From: an uncultured virus (IMG/VR IMGVR_UViG_2904584206_000001)
Taxonomy: Duplodnaviria; Heunggongvirae; Uroviricota; Caudoviricetes
Virus record (IMG/VR): IMGVR_UViG_2904584206_000001
DNA: 20,000 bases
Reading direction: 5' to 3' (one strand)
A model generated the notes under the pieces. It did not search any database. It was given only the letters and a program-made list of their open reading frames with translations, and was not told the origin of the DNA. Shown one piece after another: positions 8,384 to 15,697 of this stretch. A program made the position numbers and the translations under genes. The stretch's first letter is position 1. Every line of letters begins with the position of its first letter.

Positions 8384-8953
8384 CTAACTTTCGTGCAGCT
8401 CGGCCGAGCGGATCCCGATGACATCGCGGTAGGCCGCCAACGCCTGGACCTCAACCTGCTTCAGTCGCTCATGGATCTTGTTACGTTGATTGTGCACATT
8501 GCGGATCGGCACTTTAGCGCGATCAGCGGCGTCCGTGATTGATGTCTTCTTGTCGAAATAATTCTTGATGATGGCCTCACGCACATGACCATGACTCAGG
8601 CCACTTACTGCCGTCTGCGACCAGTAGCGCAGACCGGCAATTGCTTCTACCCATTCGGGCATAGCTCTATCACCATGGCAGCATGGGCACTCATCGTATT
8701 TCGGAGAGAAGCGCGCCGTCAGGCAATGCCGGAAAAGCGGATCCAGGGTAGAGAGTTTCTTGCGCAGTAGGCCAGCCTGCGCCGCACCATCCACCGATAC
8801 GAGACCCTTGCCAGTACCGAGCGCCTTGATGCCGCCGAGCTTTGACATCGGCGACAGCGGGTACTGCTGGCTCTGGAAGTTAAAGGCAAAGGTCAGCGCC
8901 TCGTGCTCATTGCGGAACAGGTCGTTGATATCGAGCCCGAATTCGTAGTTCAT
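8384..8953 (-). CDS. Putative late-gene regulator / Q-type antiterminator
   Basis: Occupies the Q position; contains a CPCC motif and a C-terminal HTH-like segment 'SITDAADRAKVPIRNVHNQRNKI'. Confidence 0.6.
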   Translation of the reverse strand: MNYEFGLDINDLFRNEHEALTFAFNFQSQQYPLSPMSKLGGIKALGTGKGLVSVDGAAQAGLLRKKLSTLDPLFRHCLTARFSPKYDECPCCHGDRAMPEWVEAIAGLRYWSQTAVSGLSHGHVREAIIKNYFDKKTSITDAADRAKVPIRNVHNQRNKIHERLKQVEVQALAAYRDVIGIRSAELHES

Positions 8954-9243
8954 TTTTCCCTCGTTTGATGTTCACCGGTCTTGCCCGGCCCAATTTTTAA
9001 ATCGCTTCCACCCTGACCGCTGGCGTAATCCTCGGCGTATCGATTGCCAGCAGCATCAACTCTGATCGCGCCGACCGCTGGGGGCAGGGGCGTTCCAATC
9101 GCATGGCCTCCCTCGGCGGCGAAGAAGACTGGCTCGCCACGCACACCCCTTCGCAACTGCTCATTGATCTCGGCTTCTCCGAAGGCCTGCCGGAGAAGAT
9201 CAATCCAGGCGGCAACCGTTGGCATTGCCTCACGTGATTTCAT
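8950..9243 (-). CDS. Hypothetical phage protein
   Basis: 'MPTVAAWIDLLRQAFG...FFAAEGGHAIGTP'; ATGA overlap with the next gene. Confidence 0.7.
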   Translation of the reverse strand: MKSREAMPTVAAWIDLLRQAFGEAEINEQLRRGVRGEPVFFAAEGGHAIGTPLPPAVGAIRVDAAGNRYAEDYASGQGGSDLKIGPGKTGEHQTREK

Positions 9244-9258
9244 CGCTTGCCTTTCGTA

Positions 9259-9506
9259 CCCTTCACACCGTTAACACGACTATCAACACGTTGAAACCCT
9301 TATGTTTATTGAGTTTGTTAATAGTATTAATAGTGTGAAGAGTAAAAATTGATATCCAAGACGCAGTAACATTTCCTCCCCTCGCACGTGCGCGCACGCA
9401 CACACATGAAGGCACCTCAAAAATCTGTTCATACTGTTCACACTGTTAACAAAGCCCGATTTCATGCGGCTTTCAGCGTGTTGACAGTTGCGGTCGGTGT
9501 GAAGGG
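9259..9506. repeat. Putative replication origin: long imperfect inverted repeat built from 9-bp iterons
   Basis: Tandem CTGTTCATA/CTGTTCACA/CTGTTAACA at 9425-9451 is mirrored at 9316-9342; outer arms 9259-9298 and 9469-9506 also match; lies directly after the primase-helicase. Confidence 0.75.
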
Positions 9507-9513
9507 CTGACCG

Positions 9514-12189
9514 TTAACTCTCTTCCGGCTGGTCGTACACATGGCGATAGCGGCGCAGATCCTTCTCAAACATGTCGCAGGAGTTCTTGACGTAGTCCTG
9601 CAGCGACCGGCCTTCCTCCGGCTCGCCCAGGAGATAGACCGTGCGCTGCTTGAACGCCTCCCCAAACTCATACTTCACGACGCGGTCCTGCAATGCATCA
9701 CCGGCAATCCGCTTCACCTCGGATCCGAATCGTGTCTTCGTTGGCGTATAGCGCTCCCCGTTCAAGGTGCACCATCGCTGAAAGGCGCTGTATAGCTGCT
9801 GTGAGCTGCAGGTCATGAAGGGGACCGGCAGCGTCTGGTCTTCCCACTCGCGGTAGAAGCGCTCTGACGGCGAGAGACCCAGGCTGATCAAGTTCTGCTT
9901 GGCCTGGTTCATGATCGGTTCTGTGTGGGGCGTGAAACCGTCAAGGTCGACCTCGTACTTCAGGTAGTGGAAGAAGGCCTCCATGCCTCCGTCGTCAAGC
10001 TCTCGGCCGACGTCGGCATAGAATTCCTTCTCGCGCTTGGGCGGCGTCCAGAGCACCAGGTAGCGGCGGTCGGTCTTATCCAGGGCGAGCGGCTGCAGCT
10101 CGTTGGAGAGGAAGACGAAATTCATATGGTTCGCCTCGTACCGCACGGACAGGTTCTTCGGATTGATCGGCAACTCATCGCCCGAGATCATCTTCTTCAT
10201 CCGGCCCTTCAGTTGCTTGAGCTCGTTGCGCGTGACCACCTCATCACAGACCAGGAACAGCTTGCGTGAGGCCCACTCGTTGAAGGGGCTCTCCAGTTCG
10301 GCGTCCCCGATCACCCAGGAATACTGGCCGTAGATCTGGCGGACCACCTTTTCCCAGAACAGGTTTTTCCCTGAGCCCTCATCGCCATGCATGATGATGG
10401 CCGTGGCCATCTTCGCGCCTGGATGCTGGAGCGGATAGGCAATCCACTTCAGCACCCAAACGAACATCACCTCATCGTTGTTGCAGAGGTGCTTGAGCAA
10501 CTCAAGGATCTTCTGGCACCGCCCTTTCCTCGGAACGACGTCGAAGCCGTCGTACATGTTCACGTGCGTGATCTCATCCACCGTTTCCGTCGGATCGAAG
10601 ACCAGGTTCTTGATGTTGATCATCTGCCGGCGCTTCGTGTTGAGCCAGCCCTTGACCACGTCGTTGCCATAGGCCAGGCGCAGGGCCGTGATCTCGATCT
10701 GCATCTTGCTGACGCGGTCCCAGGCAGTGCTGGTGCCGTATAGCAGGACGAAGTTATCGACCAGATAGCGCCACTTCTCCAGGTACTCGGGATCAGGCTC
10801 ATCACCATCACCCTTGGCCTTGTCTTTTCCCCTGCCCCCACGCCCGCCACCGGCGGCCGAGGTTTCGCCATCCTTACCAAGTGCCGAGTCGTCCTTGCTT
10901 TTCCCCTGCTTTTGCTCTTCGGGGGCGGAAGCCCCCGACCGACTTGCCTCCTCGGGGGAGCGGGGGACAAGGGAAAGCCGAGGGCCGGCCGCGACCGCGT
11001 CGCGTGCTGGCACCTCCGGGGCAATCGCCTCGACGATGGCAGCGGAGATCTGCTCGGATACGGCCTCAAGGCCGTCGGCCAGATGCAGGTCGTTGAAATC
11101 GGTCAGCTTCTGATCACCACGGTCCCGGAATAGAGGCTTCACGATCGAGGCATTGCCAACCTCGAAGGCTGCAGCGTGGCAAGCAGACATGCCGGCATTC
11201 TCGAAACGAATCTCCTTGATGACGCGCCCGCACCGGATCTCGACATGCAGATAGGCGACGGACTGGCGGTCAAAGCGATACTCCGCACAGATCTCGGCCA
11301 GGTCACCACGAGCGGTCTTGACCTTCCGCCACCCGCCATCGACGGCCGGCGCTGGCTCGATGCCGAAGTCCTCGCGCAGGCGCTCCTCGTAACGAAGCTC
11401 CAGCTGGAAGTCATCGTCCGCGAGGAAGAGCAGGTGCGCATCGGGGAAGTCCGAGCGGAGCTTCCGGGCGATATGAAGGATATTGCCGGCGTCGAAGGCC
11501 ACCATGACCGGCAGGTCGTGGCTGTGCTTTTCGGAACGGGCCGCAGCCATGCGCGCTGACTGGCAGGTCGCATAGCCCTCCCCAACTCCGATGATCGGTG
11601 CACCTACGGCAGCACCGAGCAGGAAACCAGCACCGATCTTGTCGAGACCTTTGTTGTAGCGCTTCTCCCCGCCTTGCGATATCTTCTGCAAGCCGACCAG
11701 GCGAGCACCCTCATGGGAATAGTGCCTCATCGGCACCAGGAGCTGTCCTTCGCTATCGACACGTAGGCCCTCTGCGACAACACCCTTGCGCACCAGGTAA
11801 GGATGAGTCCCAGCAGAATCCTCTACGGCAGCTGACCATTGCCCCTTCGCGCGGTTCGCTGCCAGGCGCGCTGCATTGGCACGATCAGCCACTGCCTTCT
11901 CCTCGAAGGCACGCTGGCGTTCCGTGTACTCGGCGACATCCTCGGCCGAAAACTTCTCAGACGTGATGCGGACCGGGACTGTGTTGTGATTGCTGCCACG
12001 ATTGATTCCAAAGTGGCCGGCCACCACTTCCTTGCCGGACTTCAGTGTGAACTTGCGCAGGGAATACCAGCCCTTCTTCTTCGGGCCGAAGCGCAAGACC
12101 TTTTTTGAATTGAAGATGGGATGTCCAACTGGCAGTTCTGGCAGCTGATGCTCTCTCATCAGAGCAATGACTTCAGCCTCAAAATTCAT
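9514..12189 (-). CDS. Primase-helicase (TOPRIM primase fused to a D5/SF3-like P-loop helicase)
   Basis: TOPRIM 'GEGYAT', 'VAFDAGN', 'LADDD' and 'TDFNDL'; Walker A 'GDEGSGKN', Walker B 'LVCDE', motif C 'FVFLSN'. Confidence 0.9.
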   Translation of the reverse strand: MNFEAEVIALMREHQLPELPVGHPIFNSKKVLRFGPKKKGWYSLRKFTLKSGKEVVAGHFGINRGSNHNTVPVRITSEKFSAEDVAEYTERQRAFEEKAVADRANAARLAANRAKGQWSAAVEDSAGTHPYLVRKGVVAEGLRVDSEGQLLVPMRHYSHEGARLVGLQKISQGGEKRYNKGLDKIGAGFLLGAAVGAPIIGVGEGYATCQSARMAAARSEKHSHDLPVMVAFDAGNILHIARKLRSDFPDAHLLFLADDDFQLELRYEERLREDFGIEPAPAVDGGWRKVKTARGDLAEICAEYRFDRQSVAYLHVEIRCGRVIKEIRFENAGMSACHAAAFEVGNASIVKPLFRDRGDQKLTDFNDLHLADGLEAVSEQISAAIVEAIAPEVPARDAVAAGPRLSLVPRSPEEASRSGASAPEEQKQGKSKDDSALGKDGETSAAGGGRGGRGKDKAKGDGDEPDPEYLEKWRYLVDNFVLLYGTSTAWDRVSKMQIEITALRLAYGNDVVKGWLNTKRRQMINIKNLVFDPTETVDEITHVNMYDGFDVVPRKGRCQKILELLKHLCNNDEVMFVWVLKWIAYPLQHPGAKMATAIIMHGDEGSGKNLFWEKVVRQIYGQYSWVIGDAELESPFNEWASRKLFLVCDEVVTRNELKQLKGRMKKMISGDELPINPKNLSVRYEANHMNFVFLSNELQPLALDKTDRRYLVLWTPPKREKEFYADVGRELDDGGMEAFFHYLKYEVDLDGFTPHTEPIMNQAKQNLISLGLSPSERFYREWEDQTLPVPFMTCSSQQLYSAFQRWCTLNGERYTPTKTRFGSEVKRIAGDALQDRVVKYEFGEAFKQRTVYLLGEPEEGRSLQDYVKNSCDMFEKDLRRYRHVYDQPEES

Positions 12190-12662
12190 GCCGGACGTCC
12201 CTCAGGCGTGTCATGCCCTTCTACAGGACAGTAGATGGCGAACATCAAGCCCACCAGTTCACGCACAGTCTGGTGGATTTCGTCTGCAGTGACCTCGAGC
12301 TGCGAGCGCTCACGCTTGTCGATATGGTTATCGGAAGTGAATTCGACGTATTGATGCGAAAGCCTACCCAATTCCTGGTACAGCTCTTGGAACTTGTCGT
12401 GCAGCTCTTCACGATCCACGCTGCCTGGCTCAACCAGCTTATAAAACACTCCGCCCGCATCGGAGGCGATAGCTTGTGCGAGCAGCGTCGTGCCCGAGGT
12501 CTTTTGCATCTGCACCGCGAGATCCAGGCTGACCGACTGTCCGCGCCGCTCATACACCCGATTTTCGAGGGCGTCACGGGTCATCCCCATTGCGGCGGAC
12601 ATGCTGTCCCAGCCGCCTGGGAATGCCTTAATCATTCCCAGCAATGCCTGCCTTTGATTCAC
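12186..12662 (-). CDS. Phage regulatory CII-like (YmfL/CP76-type) protein
   Basis: 'FPGGWDSMSAAMGMTRDALENRVYE' HTH and 'DNHIDKRERSQL'; GTG start with AAGGGG SD; located after cro. Confidence 0.75.
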   Translation of the reverse strand: MNQRQALLGMIKAFPGGWDSMSAAMGMTRDALENRVYERRGQSVSLDLAVQMQKTSGTTLLAQAIASDAGGVFYKLVEPGSVDREELHDKFQELYQELGRLSHQYVEFTSDNHIDKRERSQLEVTADEIHQTVRELVGLMFAIYCPVEGHDTPEGRPA

Positions 12663-12750
12663 AACGATTCCCCTTCAGTTGTGGTTTTGAGATTTCTTCC
12701 CACCGGCTATGCTTCACCCCATCAGAAAATCAACACGAGGGAGAATGGGC

Positions 12751-13083
12751 ATGAAAGCCGAGAGATACTTAGTACTGATCCATTTCGCTGCCAAGGTCAC
12801 CAGGGCCAACTTGTCCGAAGTAGCCGTGCAGGTAACGCGCGCAGTCCGAAGCATCCTGCTGAACTGTGAGGCGATTTGCTCGACCGCTTCCTCCGTCGCA
12901 TTCGTGGGCGAGTCCCGTGCATCGGCAGATTCCCTATTCCGCTTACTGGCGAGCGATCTCCGGCCTGGCGATAACCTGAGTATTTTTTCGCTGGGGCAAG
13001 GCATTGCCACCTCGCACTCAGGCTTGCATAAATGGGCAACGCGCCAGGGAGTGATTCAAACAGCGGAAACCGGCGACCCGTAA
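12751..13083 (+). CDS. Hypothetical 110 aa protein, possible Cas2/VapD-like ferredoxin fold, antisense within the early right operon
   Basis: GAGGGAG SD; fills the ~390 bp cro-cII gap; beta-alpha-beta-beta-alpha-beta-like hydrophobic pattern. Confidence 0.6.
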   Translation: MKAERYLVLIHFAAKVTRANLSEVAVQVTRAVRSILLNCEAICSTASSVAFVGESRASADSLFRLLASDLRPGDNLSIFSLGQGIATSHSGLHKWATRQGVIQTAETGDP

Positions 13084-13271
13084 ATATCCGGCCGCAGTTC
13101 AAAGCGAGAAACCTCGCCGCCAGTTGCTCGTTCGATTGAAAGACACCGTTCGGCGGGAGCGGATTTCCTCGCAACCCACTGTTGGACGGCCTGAGGAGTC
13201 ACACCGACCTTCTCGGCAAGCTCTGTTTGTCCGCCCACCAAGCGGCAGGCTTTCTCAATTGAAGTTTCCAT
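13056..13271 (-). CDS. cro: Cro-like HTH regulator (YdaS family)
   Basis: 'GGQTELAEKVGVTPQAVQQW...PAERCLSIERATGGEVSRFELRPDIY'; divergent from cI. Confidence 0.92.
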   Translation of the reverse strand: METSIEKACRLVGGQTELAEKVGVTPQAVQQWVARKSAPAERCLSIERATGGEVSRFELRPDIYGSPVSAV

Positions 13272-13277
13272 GCGCCG

Positions 13278-13347
13278 AGTTTAAAGGCTAACTTGTATGA
13301 ATACAAGTATTTCTTCAAGAGACAATTACAAGCCCAGCTTGTACCAT
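13278..13347. promoter_or_regulatory. OR region: pR (-), pRM-like (+) and three 17-bp operators
   Basis: Operators of consensus TACAAG-N5-CTTGTA at 13281-13297, 13302-13318 and 13327-13343; pR TTGTAT-N17-TAAACT (13306-13278); pRM GAGACA-N17-TACCAT (13319-13347). Confidence 0.85.
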
Positions 13348-13353
13348 CGCGCG

Positions 13354-14064
13354 ATGGAATTCAAAAACCGATTACAGCAATTACTCCAAGCAAAAGACGG
13401 TGGGAACATGTCTGCCCTTGCGTCTTTTTGCGGAGTCACGCCTCAGGCGGTCCAGCAGTGGATCGCGCAGGGTCGAACGCCCCGCGCGCATCGCCTGCAG
13501 CAAATTGCGGAATATTTTGGAATTACCGAAAAGGATCTTCTCTTTGGAGAAGATGTACCAAACGTTGCGTTTGACACGCCGGAAGCTCCTGGCCTTCTTC
13601 CAGACTCCTACATTCAGGTTCGTGCATACGAACCCGGTGATGACGACTTTGTAACAATTAAGACAGTAAGACTCAAACTTTCAGCGGGCATAAGTGGGTA
13701 CTCGACCGAACCCGAGCGCGGTGAGGGAATGCCGATTGTTTTTCAGAAGGAATGGCTGGAAAAGCACGGTTATTTCCCGGACAACCTTATCGCACTGAAG
13801 ATCCGCGGTGAAAGCATGCGCCCCAAACTGGATGATGGCGACCTGGTAGTGATCAATACCGCAGACCGTATCCCGAAAGATAACCAGATATATGCCGTAA
13901 ATTTTGATGGCGAGGACGTGATAAAACGCCTGCGTCGAGAGAATCGAGAATGGTGGCTTGTCTCGGATAATCCGGACCAAAAGAACTATCCAAAACAGAT
14001 CTGCAGGGGTGCTAATTGCATCATCATTGGACACGTGATTTACATGCAAAGCAGAGCCCTCTAA
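13354..14064 (+). CDS. cI: CI-like repressor (HTH + S24 autopeptidase)
   Basis: N-terminal HTH, Ala-Gly cleavage site 'LSAG', catalytic Ser in 'GESMRP' and Lys in 'VIKRL'. Confidence 0.95.
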   Translation: MEFKNRLQQLLQAKDGGNMSALASFCGVTPQAVQQWIAQGRTPRAHRLQQIAEYFGITEKDLLFGEDVPNVAFDTPEAPGLLPDSYIQVRAYEPGDDDFVTIKTVRLKLSAGISGYSTEPERGEGMPIVFQKEWLEKHGYFPDNLIALKIRGESMRPKLDDGDLVVINTADRIPKDNQIYAVNFDGEDVIKRLRRENREWWLVSDNPDQKNYPKQICRGANCIIIGHVIYMQSRAL

Positions 14065-14109
14065 CGACGTTACGGTAAGCCATTCACCAGTCACTAAACC
14101 GCGCTCCAC

Positions 14110-14134
14110 AAACCGCCTCTCAGGCGGTTTTTTT
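14110..14134 (+). terminator. Intrinsic terminator after cI
   Basis: AAACCGCCT-CTC-AGGCGGTTTTTTT. Confidence 0.9.
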
Positions 14135-14195
14135 GTTTCTGGCACCCCGGGGAAATTAGGCACTTAACTTAAACTTTAAAAACAACACTCCTTAA

Positions 14196-14236
14196 TACAA
14201 GTTTTACTTGTCGCATTACAAGTTTAACTTTATTAT
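14196..14236 (+). promoter_or_regulatory. OL/pL: two operators overlapping a sigma70 promoter
   Basis: TACAAGTTTTACTTGTC (14196-14212) and TACAAGTTTAACTTTAT (14217-14233); TTGTCG-N17-TATTAT (14208-14236). Confidence 0.85.
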
Positions 14237-14274
14237 CCCTCCATCTGTGCCGTGCACCCTAGATGGAGGATTAG

Positions 14275-14439
14275 ATGCAATCAGTCCGGAAAAAAGCCGC
14301 AGCCATTCAGCTGCCAGCCAAGTTCAACTTCCTTGCCGGTCGCCGACCGCCGTCACGCCGAGAATGGCCCCTCAGCGCGCCAGTTTCGTCGGCGCAAGGC
14401 GTTGCAGCAAGCGAACCTTCGCCGCGAGGCGCCAAATGA
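14275..14439 (+). CDS. Small basic hypothetical protein (54 aa; not in the ORF track), first pL gene
   Basis: GGAGG SD; MQSVRKKAAAIQLPAKFNFLAGRRPPSRREW...PRGAK*; ATGA overlap with the next gene. Confidence 0.65.
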   Translation: MQSVRKKAAAIQLPAKFNFLAGRRPPSRREWPLSAPVSSAQGVAASEPSPRGAK

Positions 14440-14720
14440 CCCGCTTCCACCTGGCGCCGGAATCTGAGGCACGCTTCCGCGCCGTCACCCACAAGACCCT
14501 CCATGTCTCGCACGTGCGTCACAAGTGCGCTTGCGGCAAGCAGACGACCGCCAAGGCCCTGACGCAGTACGGCCATTGCGTGAGCTGCCAGAAGGCAGCG
14601 GAGAAGCATGCTCCCAAGATCACCTTCATCACCAGCCCCAGCGCCGGCCTGCTCCCCGGCAACGGTGACCGCCGCTTTACCGTCTTCCCTTACGCTTGGA
14701 CGAAAGCGAGGAAGGCATGA
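14436..14720 (+). CDS. Hypothetical zinc-finger protein (94 aa)
   Basis: CACG...CVSC motif; GAGG SD; ATGA overlaps at both ends. Confidence 0.7.
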   Translation: MTRFHLAPESEARFRAVTHKTLHVSHVRHKCACGKQTTAKALTQYGHCVSCQKAAEKHAPKITFITSPSAGLLPGNGDRRFTVFPYAWTKARKA

Positions 14721-15016
14721 GCCATCCACAACACCATGACTATCAATTGGAGCAGCGCTCACTCACCCTGACGCTTTGCATCCTGGAGGATGGCACGCGC
14801 TGGGCAGGGCTTTATTCCAAGCCGAGAAATAGGTGGGCTCCGGCCACCTTGCTTATGAGTGCGGCGGCGGAGGCTATTCGCTGCGATCTCTATGAGCGCC
14901 GCCGAGAGTGGATCCTGCTTGTTGGGACCGCACATTTCCGGATTCCAGCGAAGCACGTTGACAGCATCGCCGAGAAGTTCGGCATGCGCGCGACGAAGAT
15001 CGAGGAGGCAGCGTGA
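14717..15016 (+). CDS. Hypothetical protein (99 aa)
   Basis: GAGGAAGG SD; ATGA and GTGA overlaps. Confidence 0.7.
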   Translation: MSHPQHHDYQLEQRSLTLTLCILEDGTRWAGLYSKPRNRWAPATLLMSAAAEAIRCDLYERRREWILLVGTAHFRIPAKHVDSIAEKFGMRATKIEEAA

Positions 15017-15153
15017 AAGCCTTCCTCCTGACAGTCACTCGCGAGAGCGGCATCCCGCTGACCCTGACCATCATCGCGCACTCCTCCTTCGATGTGCATA
15101 CGTCTGCACTCGATATGTTCGGCGTCTGCAAGATCTCGGTGAGGCCAGCATGA
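15013..15153 (+). CDS. Small hypothetical protein (46 aa; not in the ORF track)
   Basis: GAGGAGG SD and GTG start; MKAFLLTVTRESG...DMFGVCKISVRPA*; 4-nt overlaps on both sides. Confidence 0.7.
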   Translation: MKAFLLTVTRESGIPLTLTIIAHSSFDVHTSALDMFGVCKISVRPA

Positions 15154-15401
15154 TCCGAACCGCCCTCACCCGCCTCATCGCCGCCATTGTGGCCGTCTAT
15201 CTCCTGCTGATTGCCCAGGCATTCACCAAGAACGGCCCCGAGCTGGAGGCCTTCGTGGATCTCGGCCGCGAGATGACTATCGAGGAGCTACCGTCTGTCG
15301 ATCAGCTGCGCTCCCTGTGTTCAGTCGAGTGGCCGAGGGATGTTGCTGGCCCTAGGACCGCAGAGGCCCGCCGTAATGCCTGCCGCGTATTCGGGGAGTG
15401 A
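15150..15401 (+). CDS. Small membrane-anchored or exported protein (83 aa)
   Basis: Hydrophobic N-terminus 'LIAAIVAVYLLLIAQAF'; two Cys in the C-terminal part. Confidence 0.7.
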   Translation: MIRTALTRLIAAIVAVYLLLIAQAFTKNGPELEAFVDLGREMTIEELPSVDQLRSLCSVEWPRDVAGPRTAEARRNACRVFGE

Positions 15402-15405
15402 CCAC

Positions 15406-15684
15406 ATGCGCCACCTCCCCAAGACACTCGCCCCACAGATGACGCTCCAGGAGTTGGGGCTTGCCGTCGCATCCAAGGCCGGCTGCTCGCCCCTGCTTGG
15501 CCAGGATGTCGCTCGTACGCTCCTAGACGAATTCAACTCAATGCTGGCTGCCGGCTACCAGCTCAGCGTCCCACAACTTTGCCGGCAGACCAGGCCGGGC
15601 CATACCACCTGGCGCATCGATGTCGCGAACCCGGTTCTCGGCTTCGCTGGTGCCCTGCTCTTCACCGTCCCCACCACTCACTAA
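15406..15684 (+). CDS. Hypothetical protein (92 aa)
   Basis: GGGGAG SD before MRHLPK. Confidence 0.65.
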   Translation: MRHLPKTLAPQMTLQELGLAVASKAGCSPLLGQDVARTLLDEFNSMLAAGYQLSVPQLCRQTRPGHTTWRIDVANPVLGFAGALLFTVPTTH

Positions 15685-15697
15685 TCCGGAGATGACC

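Noticed and set aside
9283..9671. ORFs 9283-9465 and 9462-9671, and a possible CRISPR-like array
   Set aside because: The translations just mirror the iterons and RY tract; the repeats are 9 bp, degenerate and lack unique spacers
10790..11020. G/C-run-rich segment in the primase-helicase gene
   Set aside because: Encodes a disordered interdomain linker; the frame stays open and there is no sign of a frameshift or inserted element
14163..14196. Possible third OL operator
   Set aside because: Only one half-site (CTTTAA) matches, within AT-rich sequence
14252..14467. ORF with the Arg-rich 'SARQFRRRKALQQA', resembling a lambda N RNA-binding motif
   Set aside because: The GTG start has no SD; the SD-supported, coupled gene is in another frame (14275-14439); no nut/boxA site was identified
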